A stretch of 64,000 bases of DNA, taken from IMG/VR virus record IMGVR_UViG_2565956830_000005, positions 1 to 64,000 of that record; one strand, written 5' to 3'. This DNA is from a virus. Its lineage: Duplodnaviria; Caudoviricetes. A program made the position numbers and the translations under genes. Under the pieces are notes generated by a model, which searched no databases, was not told where the DNA came from, and was given only the letters and a program-made list of their open reading frames with translations. Positions 20,101-28,686 of this stretch are shown piece by piece; within the stretch, counting starts at the first letter, position 1, and every line of letters begins with the position of its first letter.

Positions 20101-20560
20101 ACAGGCAGCCGGCGTCGAACGCCAACACGTCGTACAACCACTTGGCCAGCCACGTCGCGAACGGCGTCTGCCGGTCCGGCTTCTCGAGAACCTTCATCCC
20201 GAGGTCGATCGCCGCCTGCGCGTCCCCCCTGAATCCGGGCGCGGGGACGAGGGACCACTCCAGCGCACGGATCGAGTCGATCCGGTGCCAGATGCACATC
20301 TGCGCCACGTCGTAGGCGTCGACGAGGCCCTTGAGCGTCTCGAAGCTGACGCGCTCGTGGGACTTCGGGCGGGCGCTGATGTTGTAGCCGGTGACGAAAT
20401 CATGGGTTCGCGGGGTGCGGGAGTAGCCGTCGTAGGGGCCGATCGGGGTGCCGGGTGAGAAGGGGCTCGCCGGGGTCATCTGAGCCGCTGCTTCGGCGGC
20501 CTGTGTCTCGGCCGGTACGCGGTTGGCGAAGACCTTGGCGAGGGTGGATCGGAGACCCAT
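17195..20560 (-). CDS. portal protein fused to Nudix hydrolase, Cys-rich domain and MuF minor head domain
   Basis: Portal core ('YGTAPLE', 'AYHIVPSDLG'); Nudix box GGHMEGDERPMTAACREWQEETG; CPCC..CLHC; C-terminal MuF 'VCDRC...PPAHPSCRC'. Confidence 0.88.
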   Translation of the reverse strand: MGLRSTLAKVFANRVPAETQAAEAAAQMTPASPFSPGTPIGPYDGYSRTPRTHDFVTGYNISARPKSHERVSFETLKGLVDAYDVAQMCIWHRIDSIRALEWSLVPAPGFRGDAQAAIDLGMKVLEKPDRQTPFATWLAKWLYDVLAFDAGCLYRLRNRGGRAIGLRTVDGTTIAPLLDYWGNSPEDPAEAYVQYVNGLPWNWLTRSDLIYEPFRPRTSSPYGTAPLESILLNANTDLRFQQYFLQRFTDGNIPRAFASAPEGWTPEQIDQFQVQWDALMLGDQSIQSQIRWMPGGGKIEWSNEKEFSDAFSLFLMRKTCAAYHIVPSDLGFTESVNRSSGETQADVQHRVGDLPLISYIQGALSYFLRHDLELPLQFAFDTGQEQEDRLELAQAWQVYIDTGMASPDEGREKLLGLPGDPHRPTPRFYSTSRLGPVPLLSIQGVAGRIDPETFGPAEDQPALPQPFVAAPATVPAPGTADAAAARAAEDAYQTQARQIAQGPAQLAKDAGAPAPGITAGTGLTGYDLVGRNKNHDEEEGQEGCEDVADRPEDLLKRELAAFRRFRQARRRNRVWRDFEFRTVGPVQAHRLNDAGRLAVRKDAGEIAVAGLAVRASDTGRVLMLQRALDPTDPASGMWEFPGGHMEGDERPMTAACREWQEETGCVLPFVPDVVAALAFGNGRSWTHGIYQGFVYDIPSETLLDLTSRDAVTNPDDPDGDMIEALAWWDPAQLVGNPAVRPELLDALGPVLQAIAACPCCEGSGEHGNGCECLHCDASGSQLGGSGPVPCEGALQGVADVTVTAEGVYESTCPCGTPVRYDEANGWEHADGSMGHDADLETVSDKMRRIAKAATGPKGDAPDGARWPGWHQDLKAVAYWKPLLINAMRDALDPHALAEQWLAQRTLAKAARRDPDQVANALAWLAAQDPQLIDALMIIHDMRVDGYVIGERTATAVLAGHSTVDWSGWTPGDPDAARLVTARGATNGLQDLLDDAGLTIRSVAATRMDRLANVLSDALARGDSADTLSVSISHLMTDPAWAERVAVTEIARAVSTATLNTYRANGVRQKMWLVSPDTRVCDRCVDNESAGELDLNDSFPSGDQLPPAHPSCRCALLPVTTS

Positions 20561-20573
20561 GTGGCGGAGCCTC

Positions 20574-22250
20574 CTATCTGAGGTTGGTGTGTGCGCGGAA
20601 GGCGGCGTTCCGGGCTCGTTGGCGAGCGGTGGCCGGGTCCTCAGCGGGGGCAGGAGCGGGCTGGGGCGTGGTCGGTTCGTCAGCGGACTCGGTGGCCGCG
20701 TCCTGTTCCGGCGCGGCGCTCTGCTCGGCATCGGTCTGGGTCTGGGCTTGGACGAGGGCTTCGGCCTTGCGGCGGACGTAGTCGATCCAGGCCTGTGCGC
20801 CGGTGCCGTCGAGGAGCATCTGGGAGAGGGCCTGGCTGGTGGCGTCGACCTGGTCGTCGTGGGCCCCGTTCGGGAATTCCGCGGCCTCGTTGATGAGCTT
20901 GTCCGGCTCGAACAGGGCGATCTCCCCCGTCGGCAGGAAGACGTTGCCGGCCTCAATGAGCGGGGCGACGGCGTTGGCCCGGGCGTACTTGCTCTCGGTC
21001 GGGGTGACCTCGACGATGCCGGGGATCTTCGATTTGAGGGTGTTGATGACGGCGGTGCCGTTGGCCTTGTCCTCGACGTACTTCGCCGTGGCCTGGGGCC
21101 AGCGCGCCACCATCGCCTTGAACGCGGTCAAGGTCTCGGTGAAGGTGAGGCGCTTGCGGATCTGGTCCAGGAGGTAGACGTTCGCGCCGCGCCGCGCCCA
21201 GACCTGGCCCACCACGAAGTCCGAGCTCTTCGTGTCCTTGAAGGCCATGTCCCACGACATGACGAGCCCATCGGACTCCTCGACGCGGTAGGCGCCCGGG
21301 ACGGTCGGGTGCTGGGACCACAGCGGCACGCTGTAGCGGCGCCACCACTGACGTCGCCACACGTCACCGGCGTCGGGCGACGGCCGCCCCTGGTACAAGG
21401 CGTTGAAGACTCGCGTACCCGCTGTGATCCGGATCGCTTCCCACTGCGCAGTGGTGCGGCCCCGGGCCGACTTGAGCCACTCCCCAGGCGACCGGCCGAG
21501 TGCGTCGGTCTGTCCCTTTTCGGGGTCGTGGTCGGCGAGGGCAGGAATGTTGATGACCCGCCAGCGGTGCCCGTCCTCGGCGGCGATAAGACGGCCTGCG
21601 AGGTCGTCCTCGTGCCACCGGGTCAGGATCACGATCACGGGCGCGCCGCTTGAGAGGCGCGTCGACCCGACGCTCTGCCACCAGCCCCAGACACGGTCGC
21701 GGTAGTACGCGCTGTCCGCCTGCTCCTTGTCGGCGAACGGGTCGTCGATCACGAGTGCGTCGACTCGACGGCCCGTCAGGGAGCCCTTGAGGCCTACACA
21801 GATGACGCCGCCGCGGTGGCCGGCGAGCTGCCAGCGGGACGCGGCGCCGTTGTCCCGCGCGATCCGCAGGCCCAGGTCGAGGCTGCCTTCGTCGCCGTTG
21901 TAGGTGGTGACCCAGTTGCGGATGTCCCTGCCGAATTCCTCGGCCAGCGGTTTGTTGTAGGAGACGATCCCGATCTTCAAGTCGCGGTTGCGGTGCAGAG
22001 CCCACAGCGACCCGGTCTTGGTGACGCGCTGGCTCTTTCCCTCCTGCGGAGGCATCGAGACGATCAACCGGGAGTCGGGCGTGCTGTACGCCCACGCGAC
22101 TGCCTCGTCGACCAGGTCGAGCGCCAGCGTCTGCAGCGTGTCCGGCTCGACGGCCTTGGCCAGCGCGCCAGGGGTTGGCCACCGGTCGGCGTCGGGCCGG
22201 GGTTCGAATGAGCGGGCTGCGTATTCGGCCCAGTTGAGTGTGGCGGCCAT
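20574..22250 (-). CDS. terminase large subunit
   Basis: Walker A 'MPPQEGKS', Walker B 'LVIDDP', 'TRWHEDDL', 'SWDMAFK', 'FPNGAHDDQVDA'. Confidence 0.95.
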   Translation of the reverse strand: MAATLNWAEYAARSFEPRPDADRWPTPGALAKAVEPDTLQTLALDLVDEAVAWAYSTPDSRLIVSMPPQEGKSQRVTKTGSLWALHRNRDLKIGIVSYNKPLAEEFGRDIRNWVTTYNGDEGSLDLGLRIARDNGAASRWQLAGHRGGVICVGLKGSLTGRRVDALVIDDPFADKEQADSAYYRDRVWGWWQSVGSTRLSSGAPVIVILTRWHEDDLAGRLIAAEDGHRWRVINIPALADHDPEKGQTDALGRSPGEWLKSARGRTTAQWEAIRITAGTRVFNALYQGRPSPDAGDVWRRQWWRRYSVPLWSQHPTVPGAYRVEESDGLVMSWDMAFKDTKSSDFVVGQVWARRGANVYLLDQIRKRLTFTETLTAFKAMVARWPQATAKYVEDKANGTAVINTLKSKIPGIVEVTPTESKYARANAVAPLIEAGNVFLPTGEIALFEPDKLINEAAEFPNGAHDDQVDATSQALSQMLLDGTGAQAWIDYVRRKAEALVQAQTQTDAEQSAAPEQDAATESADEPTTPQPAPAPAEDPATARQRARNAAFRAHTNLR

Positions 22251-22270
22251 GGGCAGCCGCCTCCCTCAGC

Positions 22271-22981
22271 TCACGAGGCCAGAGCGCGAAGGTGCCGGGG
22301 CACGATCTGCGGGACCCGCTCCTGCTGCTCGGCAGTGAGCTCCAGGTCGTTGAGGATCGCCCGGATCACCTGAGCCACGAGGGCGCCGTGCTGCTCGGCC
22401 ATGCGGACCTTGCGCTCCTCGATGCCCGCGCTGATGGCCGCTGTGCAGACCTTGAGCAGGTGCGCGCGTTCGGCCTGGTAGAGGCGCAGCCAGATGTTCG
22501 GGGCTGCTTCCCAGGTGGTTCCGCGGTCCTCGCCGCCGACCTTCTGGCGTGTGACGCCCCAGACCAGCGAGGACCGGCGGTCGCGGCGCCGGCCGTAAGC
22601 CGCGCCCTCCTCGTCGTCCTCATCGTCCTCGTCGTCGTGATCGTCTGTTTCGGCCTGGTTCTCGATCTGCTGGACGCGGTCGCGCAGATACGCCACGTGG
22701 CCCGCGGTCCACTGCACGTCCTCGAGCAGCGCCTCGGAGGCGGTCGTCTCGATCTTGCACCCGTACATCTGGACCAGCTCGAGGGCCCGTTCCTCGGCCA
22801 CTCGCCGCTTCCCGGCCTTCAGGTTCTGGGGTGCCTTCCCTCCGTGGACGCGGCACACCTTCTGGCCCTTGAGGGCCCAGGCACCGCAGCGATCCCCCTT
22901 CGCACCGTCGGTGCCCTTCTTGTGGGCGGTGCAGCGGCGCTTCTCGGTAGGTGTGACGAGGTTCTTCGTGTGGTTGGCCAT
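22271..22981 (-). CDS. terminase small subunit
   Basis: 'RCTAH...C...CRVHGG' motif; directly upstream of the large subunit. Confidence 0.75.
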   Translation of the reverse strand: MANHTKNLVTPTEKRRCTAHKKGTDGAKGDRCGAWALKGQKVCRVHGGKAPQNLKAGKRRVAEERALELVQMYGCKIETTASEALLEDVQWTAGHVAYLRDRVQQIENQAETDDHDDEDDEDDEEGAAYGRRRDRRSSLVWGVTRQKVGGEDRGTTWEAAPNIWLRLYQAERAHLLKVCTAAISAGIEERKVRMAEQHGALVAQVIRAILNDLELTAEQQERVPQIVPRHLRALAS

Positions 22982-23469
22982 CACTGGCCACCCGTCACCC
23001 AGTGCGCCGGGAGCTCCCAGCCCTGCTCCTCCTCGGCCGGTGCGACGGGCCGGGGTTCCGGTGTGCAGTCGCAGCCCGGGAGGTCGGCCTCGTTGGGCGC
23101 GGTGCAGCAGGAGGCGTGGATGAGGGCGGCTGCCTCGAGGCTGATGGCGTGGGCGCCGCAGGCGTGGACGATGCGGGTGGTGTCGACGGCGTTGGGCAGC
23201 GGGGGGAAAACGGGGGCCGGCTTCTGGACGTCGGCGAGTTTCAGCGCCTGCACCCGGCGGTTCGTCTCGGCTCGGAGGATCTCGTCGAGTTCGTCGCACG
23301 TCGGCCTGCGCTGCCAGTGCACCTTGGCCGGGGCCCCGCACGCCGAGCAGCCACGGCCGGCTGGAATCCCGGGAACAGGCATCGGCGCGGTGGTTGCGGC
23401 AACCGGGGCGAGGGCGTTCTCGGCGGGGACGGGGAAGTGCGCGGGTTCGGGCGGGGTGAGGGGGTCCAC
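22981..23469 (-). CDS. Cys/His-rich hypothetical protein
   Basis: CSAC, HACGAH, HASC, CDC motifs; translationally coupled to terminase small. Confidence 0.55.
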   Translation of the reverse strand: MDPLTPPEPAHFPVPAENALAPVAATTAPMPVPGIPAGRGCSACGAPAKVHWQRRPTCDELDEILRAETNRRVQALKLADVQKPAPVFPPLPNAVDTTRIVHACGAHAISLEAAALIHASCCTAPNEADLPGCDCTPEPRPVAPAEEEQGWELPAHWVTGGQ

Positions 23470-23485
23470 GCCGGTCTCCGTTCTG

Positions 23486-23806
23486 TCAGGTGACGGTGAG
23501 CTGCCCGACCGGGATGACGGGCTGCTCCGGGCTGTCGGTGACGCGGATGTAGACCGCGTACCTGCCGGGGTCGAGGGTGGGACCACTGCTGGACGGGCCA
23601 ACGAGGACCTGGGCGCGGTAGGCGGTGGTGCCGGGGATCGGCTGGCTGCCGTCCCACCCGCCCTCGTACCAGGTCGCCGGGCGTCCGCCGATGGGAGGGA
23701 AGGCGAACGCGACGACGTCGCCGGTGGGGTTGTAGGGCTGGCCCTGGACGGTGACGGTCACCTCGGCGCCGACGTACTCGCGTGACTCCCGCTGGATCGT
23801 CTGCAC
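23486..23806 (-). CDS. BppU-like Ig-fold adaptor protein
   Basis: 'LDPGRYAVYIRVTDSPEQPVIPVGQLTV' BppU N-domain-like pattern. Confidence 0.5.
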   Translation of the reverse strand: MQTIQRESREYVGAEVTVTVQGQPYNPTGDVVAFAFPPIGGRPATWYEGGWDGSQPIPGTTAYRAQVLVGPSSSGPTLDPGRYAVYIRVTDSPEQPVIPVGQLTVT

Positions 23807-23816
23807 AGGGCGCTCC

Positions 23817-26105
23817 CTACTCGTCGATGTCCCAGCGGGAGCCCGTCAGCCAGGACCGCCAGCGTGGAGGGCCCTGTCCGGCCTGCCAGCGGCTGTAGGG
23901 GCCGGTGGCAGTGATGAACAGGCGGCGGAGGTTGCCGCGTACCGCCGTGACCGTGCCGGTAAGGCCGGTGAGAGCGTGGAGGACGACCTCGAAGTAGCGG
24001 CCCGAGACGATGCCGGCCACGGCCAGGACTGCCGCCTGGTGGAGGACGGTGATGCTGCGGCGGACGCCGGGCACCCCGGTGAGGGCCGCAGCCCGGTGGA
24101 GGCTGGTGCTCCGGCGGGTGGCAGGCCCTGCGGTGAGTACGGCCTGGAGCAGGAGCCCCAGCGCGGCCCGCGCGGTCGCCGCCGCGGTGGTCGTTGCCGT
24201 GGCCCTCTGCCCGATGACCCGGCGCGCGTCCGCGGCCGTCGCTCCTACGACGGTGCGGGCGAGGGCTGCACGGCGGCTGGTGGCCGCGCCGAGGGCCAGG
24301 GCTGCCTCGAGGACGATGACGATCGCACCCTGGATGGTGGAGGCAGCGCTCGTGGCTGCTGTGGCTGCCGCGGCCTGGCCGATGAGCCTGCGGGTGGCGG
24401 CGGACACGGTGACCGCCACCGTCAAGAGGGTGTCGAGGCGGCGGCCGGCAGCAGCGGTGCACGCGCTGGTGGCAGCCGCATACAAGTGCGGGATGCGGGT
24501 GAGCTGGGCGCTGACGGCAGCCGTCGCGGCTTGGGCGATCCCGGTGGTGCGTCGTGCCGCGGCGGTTACGGATACGGGAGCCGAGCGCAGCAGACCGGTG
24601 GACCGGCTTGTTGCGGGGGCGGCGGTCGCGGTCCCGCCGATGGCGAGGAGACCGGTGCGGGCCGCCGCTCCCTGGAGTGCCAGCGTGGCCTGGCCGGACA
24701 AGGCGGTCGCGCGGGCCGCGGTCCCCGCCAGTACGGCGGTGGCAGCGACCCGGAGACTTGTGGCCCGGGTGAGGGCGCCGGTGGTGGCCACGCTCGCGGC
24801 CAGGATGACGCCCCGGGCGATCTGGCTGATCGTTGCCGCCGCGGTGGTGGTGACCACGGCGGCGAGCTGCTGCACGAACGCCTGCCCGCTCTCCATGGTG
24901 CTCGTGAGCGCGAGTGTCGCCACCCTCGCCAGAGCGGTACGCCGCACGGTGCCGCCCGCGGTGGCCGCGTCGGCGGCGATCGGGAGGCCCGCTGTGCGCC
25001 GGGTTGTGGTGGTGGTCGTCAGGAGCGCGGCCAGCATCGTGCCCAGGGTGCGGGCGACGCCTGCTGTCGGGGTCACGGTGGCGGCCTGGGTGGTCGCCAG
25101 GTTCCTGCGGCACGCGACTGCGAGCGTCACGACCGCGGCCCGGGCCAGGGCCGTCGCGCGGGCGACGCTCGTGGAGACGGTGACGGTCACACCGCGGAGC
25201 AGGCGGCCCGTGCGCACCAGGCTGGGGGCCGCGACGGTGGTGGCGGCCCGGGCGAGGACGGCCGTCGAGGCCCGGCCTGCAGCCGCAACCATGGTCACGG
25301 CGCGGGGCAGCCCGACAGCACGGGCCACACCGGCGGGGGTTGTGAGAACGGCCTGGAGGGCCAGGGCGACCAGGTGGCCCAGGGTGACGCCACCGGTGAG
25401 CGTCACCACGCCGGGGGCAGCAAGAGCGCCCCGGCGTTGTACGGCCGGTGCGGTGGTGAGGAGGGCCGGGAGGGCGCCGAGTCCGGTGGCGCGGCTCAGG
25501 CCGCTGAGGGTGGCGGTGGTGGCCGCGCGGGCCAGGGCCGCGGCGCGGCCGCAGCGCCCGGTGGTGGATGTGATGGCGGCCAGGACGACGGCCAGCAGAC
25601 GCCCGGCCGCGGCTGCGGGGGTGACGGTGGTGGTGCGGGCCAGCAGTGTGGTGCGGCCAGTGGATGCGGCGCAGGAGATGGCCACAGACCGCGTGAGATA
25701 CGCGGAGCGGGCCGCCCCGGGTGTGGAGGAGATGGCCGCTGCACGTGCGAGGGAACTGGCGCGGGCTGTCCCCGCGGTCAGGATGGCGGTCGCGGACCTC
25801 GTGAGGAAGCCGGTGCGGCCGGCGGCGGCCGTGGAGGTGGTGGTCGCGGCCCATAGCAGGCCCGTCGTGCGGCGGCTGCTGCCGGTGAGCGAAACGATCG
25901 CAGCGAGTACGGCGAGGACGATCAGCCGCGCGGACGCCGCGGTGCAGGTGAGCGTTGCCGTCCGGCCGAGCCCCGCGAGGCGCCCGGTCCCGGCGTTCAG
26001 GGCTGCCGTTGCGCCGGCGCTGATGTTGTAGACGGCAGGGCCCGTGGCCCGGACGGGCGGGATGGTGATCGGGGCGTGCGGCCTGCCGCGCCCGAAGCGT
26101 GACAT
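23817..26105 (-). CDS. long Ala/Thr/Arg repeat fibre-like protein
   Basis: 762 aa of imperfect ~18-20 aa repeats (e.g. RATALARAATT); in frame with neighbouring genes of the operon. Confidence 0.6.
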   Translation of the reverse strand: MSRFGRGRPHAPITIPPVRATGPAVYNISAGATAALNAGTGRLAGLGRTATLTCTAASARLIVLAVLAAIVSLTGSSRRTTGLLWAATTTSTAAAGRTGFLTRSATAILTAGTARASSLARAAAISSTPGAARSAYLTRSVAISCAASTGRTTLLARTTTVTPAAAAGRLLAVVLAAITSTTGRCGRAAALARAATTATLSGLSRATGLGALPALLTTAPAVQRRGALAAPGVVTLTGGVTLGHLVALALQAVLTTPAGVARAVGLPRAVTMVAAAGRASTAVLARAATTVAAPSLVRTGRLLRGVTVTVSTSVARATALARAAVVTLAVACRRNLATTQAATVTPTAGVARTLGTMLAALLTTTTTTRRTAGLPIAADAATAGGTVRRTALARVATLALTSTMESGQAFVQQLAAVVTTTAAATISQIARGVILAASVATTGALTRATSLRVAATAVLAGTAARATALSGQATLALQGAAARTGLLAIGGTATAAPATSRSTGLLRSAPVSVTAAARRTTGIAQAATAAVSAQLTRIPHLYAAATSACTAAAGRRLDTLLTVAVTVSAATRRLIGQAAAATAATSAASTIQGAIVIVLEAALALGAATSRRAALARTVVGATAADARRVIGQRATATTTAAATARAALGLLLQAVLTAGPATRRSTSLHRAAALTGVPGVRRSITVLHQAAVLAVAGIVSGRYFEVVLHALTGLTGTVTAVRGNLRRLFITATGPYSRWQAGQGPPRWRSWLTGSRWDIDE

Positions 26106-26108
26106 CGG

Positions 26109-26573
26109 CTACTCCGTGAATCCCATGTAGGCGACGCAGCCGGGGGTGACGCTGGCGGCGGTGGTGTAGCGCAGGCCGAGACGGGCGCCGGAGGTGATGG
26201 CGCCGACTTCCCGGTCCAGGACCTCCTGCAGGGCCAGCAGGCCGCCGAACGGGGAGACCATCCAGGAGCGGAGGATCGTCACCGACGTCGGCTCGGTGCT
26301 GAGTGCGGTCAGCGCTGTCGCCGTCGCCGCGGGAGTGCTGTCGTCGGTGAGCTTGGCGGGCGTGGCGCTGGATCCGGCCGGCGATCCGAGGGTGGCGACG
26401 CGGTACAGGTCGATCTGGACACCCGTCAGTGCGGAGGACCCGTCGAAGCTGACCCCGAGTTCCGTCAGCCTGAGTCCGGGTGTGCCCGGGGCGAGGAGGA
26501 TGAGGGACTTCGTCGCCGACGCCGTCAGCGTGATCTTCGCCGTGGTGACGGTGTAGGCGTAGTTACCCGGCAC
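26109..26573 (-). CDS. beta-rich virion-type structural protein
   Basis: 154 aa, T/S/A-rich; AGGAG RBS. Confidence 0.55.
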   Translation of the reverse strand: MPGNYAYTVTTAKITLTASATKSLILLAPGTPGLRLTELGVSFDGSSALTGVQIDLYRVATLGSPAGSSATPAKLTDDSTPAATATALTALSTEPTSVTILRSWMVSPFGGLLALQEVLDREVGAITSGARLGLRYTTAASVTPGCVAYMGFTE

Positions 26574-26582
26574 GGGTGTCTC

Positions 26583-27812
26583 CTATCTCAGGGCAGCGCG
26601 CGCCACGGCCTGGCGCAGGAACGTCAGGTGCGGCGGTGCCGCGGGCACGTATTCGACGAGGAGCCACAGGGTGCTGACGCGGCGGGTCGTGGACTGGGAG
26701 ATATCGCCGCGGTAACCGATCTGCGCGGTGTCCAGGAGCCCCGGTGTCCAGGAGCCTCCGGCCTGCGGGTCGGTGTAGGAGGTCAGCTGGTAGGGCCGGA
26801 TGGCGTTGTTGACGTGCGTGCACCAGCCGTTGAGCGCGACGGTCACCGACGCCGACTCCACCACGGTGCCCGACGCCTGGGACTTGAGGCGGTAGACGAT
26901 GCTCGCGGCTGTCGTCGCGGTGCTGCCGACGCGACCGCCGACTGCGACCAGGGCGATCGCGTCCGCGGCGCCGATACCGGCCGAGGCAGAGGACGCCAAG
27001 TTGAGATCGTCGGTGGTCGTCGTGCCGGTGGCCGTGGTGGCGTTGTACGAGGTCGCGTCATCGGGGGTGACCTCGTTGACACGGGTGAAGTTGTTCGCGA
27101 CGCCTGCGGTACCGCCGACGACGGTTGCCCAGGCGTTGGCGTCGCCGGCGGAGTCCGGTTTCATGTGGACGACGTTGCCCGCCCCGGGGAGGCTGTTCTG
27201 GGCGGTGCCGGTGCTGTCGTTGACGGCGATGTCGTCGATGTACAGGTCACAGGTGGTGGACCCGGCAACGACGTCGGTGAACGCGCCCACGCGGATGGCA
27301 GAGGTCTGGAACCCGGTGAAGCCCGCTCCGGCCACGGCACCGGAGAAGTCGGTGCCGTCGAGGTAGACGTGCTGGATGTCGGTGGACGGGTCGTAGTCCA
27401 GCTCCACCCGGTACCACTGCCCGGTGCTCAGCGTCGCCGAGGAGCCGCCGACGTAGGTATGGGTGGTACCGGACCCGGTGGAACTGCGCAGGGTGCCGTT
27501 GGTCTGCAGGAACAGGCGCGGCGTGCGGCCCGGGGAGCCCAGGCCGTCGCAGTTCGCCATGATGATCGTGTCGACGTTCGGCATCGTCGCCACGTACAGG
27601 TACATGCGGACGAAGATGTGGGTGGAGGCCGAGGTCGACGCGTACTCGTGGCCGACGTACTGGACGGTGGCCGACGGGTTGAAGCGCATCGACGCCCCGC
27701 CGGCACGCTTGATGCTGGTGGAGATCGTCGGCGCGCTCGTCGATACCTCGGAGACCTCGACTCCGCCGGTGGCTGATTGCAGTTCGAAGCCGCATGTCCA
27801 CAATCGCGCCAC
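26583..27812 (-). CDS. LamG/concanavalin-like lectin-domain fibre protein
   Basis: 'LSTGQWYRVELDY...YIDDIAVND' jelly-roll motif. Confidence 0.6.
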   Translation of the reverse strand: MARLWTCGFELQSATGGVEVSEVSTSAPTISTSIKRAGGASMRFNPSATVQYVGHEYASTSASTHIFVRMYLYVATMPNVDTIIMANCDGLGSPGRTPRLFLQTNGTLRSSTGSGTTHTYVGGSSATLSTGQWYRVELDYDPSTDIQHVYLDGTDFSGAVAGAGFTGFQTSAIRVGAFTDVVAGSTTCDLYIDDIAVNDSTGTAQNSLPGAGNVVHMKPDSAGDANAWATVVGGTAGVANNFTRVNEVTPDDATSYNATTATGTTTTDDLNLASSASAGIGAADAIALVAVGGRVGSTATTAASIVYRLKSQASGTVVESASVTVALNGWCTHVNNAIRPYQLTSYTDPQAGGSWTPGLLDTAQIGYRGDISQSTTRRVSTLWLLVEYVPAAPPHLTFLRQAVARAALR

Positions 27813-27838
27813 GAGGACCCTCCGGTCAGGTCAGGAGG

Positions 27839-28483
27839 TCAGGAGAACTTCGTGGTGAGCGTGTAAGAGACCTGGTCGCCGGTGGACAGGTTCTGCGCGC
27901 CGTGGTCGGCCTTGAAGAACACGGTGCCGTTGGTGACGTTGGAGACGCCGGGGATGTTGCCGCCGGTCACGACGTCGTTCAGCGCGATCGTGGAGATCGC
28001 CGTGGACCCGTTCTGCGCCCGGGTCACGGTCAGGGTGTTCGTCGAGATCGCGGTGATCTTCAGGACCTCGGTGCGGATCTGGATGTACTGGTTGACCGAG
28101 AAACTCGCGCCGCTGGCGACGATCAGGTTCGTCGACGAGTTCGACCCGATCACGCCCGACGACGTCTGGACCGCGTCCACAGCGGTCGGCTTCGACGAGG
28201 TGTCCGAGAGCGCGACCTCGGCGATCGACTGTGTCGACCCGGACGTGAACGTGCCCGTGACCTGGTAGGTGTCGGACGGCGTGGTCGTGGTGACGATCGA
28301 CGACGTCCCCGCCACCCGGGACTCGCTCGCCTCCTTGAACGGGGCGACGTCGGTGGCCGCCGCGGTGAGGCCGGCCGGGTTGTTGCCCCAGGCCAGGTTC
28401 AGCGGCTCCGCCTGCGTGGGCGACGAGCCACGCATACGGCCCGCGATGACCTCGCGGCCCTTGGATGTGATGACGGCTCCCAT
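27839..28483 (-). CDS. tail-collar/fibre N-terminal-like protein with an inserted beta domain
   Basis: 'VITSKGREVIA...LAWG...IAEVALSD...NLSTGDQVSYT' fibre-anchor pattern. Confidence 0.55.
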   Translation of the reverse strand: MGAVITSKGREVIAGRMRGSSPTQAEPLNLAWGNNPAGLTAAATDVAPFKEASESRVAGTSSIVTTTTPSDTYQVTGTFTSGSTQSIAEVALSDTSSKPTAVDAVQTSSGVIGSNSSTNLIVASGASFSVNQYIQIRTEVLKITAISTNTLTVTRAQNGSTAISTIALNDVVTGGNIPGVSNVTNGTVFFKADHGAQNLSTGDQVSYTLTTKFS

Positions 28484-28686
28484 CAGGCAGCCCTCCTTCG
28501 TCTGCGGTTGGAACGGGCGATACGACGATTCGCGAGCAGCCGGCCCACCGCCTGCCACCAGGCCGCGCGCAACGGGCTCGTGTAGTGGGCGGCGACGACA
28601 CCGTGGTCCTCGACCGTGCCGTCCGCGCGTGTGATGACCATGCGGAGCTCGCTGGAGTGGGGCACATCAGCCCGAGCGCGGCTCAC
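28483..28686 (-). CDS. small hypothetical protein
   Basis: Coupled by overlapping start/stop codons on both sides. Confidence 0.45.
   Translation of the reverse strand: MSRARADVPHSSELRMVITRADGTVEDHGVVAAHYTSPLRAAWWQAVGRLLANRRIARSNRRRRRAA

Noticed and set aside
20560-20956. N-terminal extension of the portal ORF in the track
   Set aside because: Overlaps terminase; the AGGAGG RBS supports ATG 20560
23751-26031. Several overlapping ~700-aa frames over the repeat gene
   Set aside because: Stop-poor GC-rich repeat DNA; only 23817-26105 fits the operon spacing
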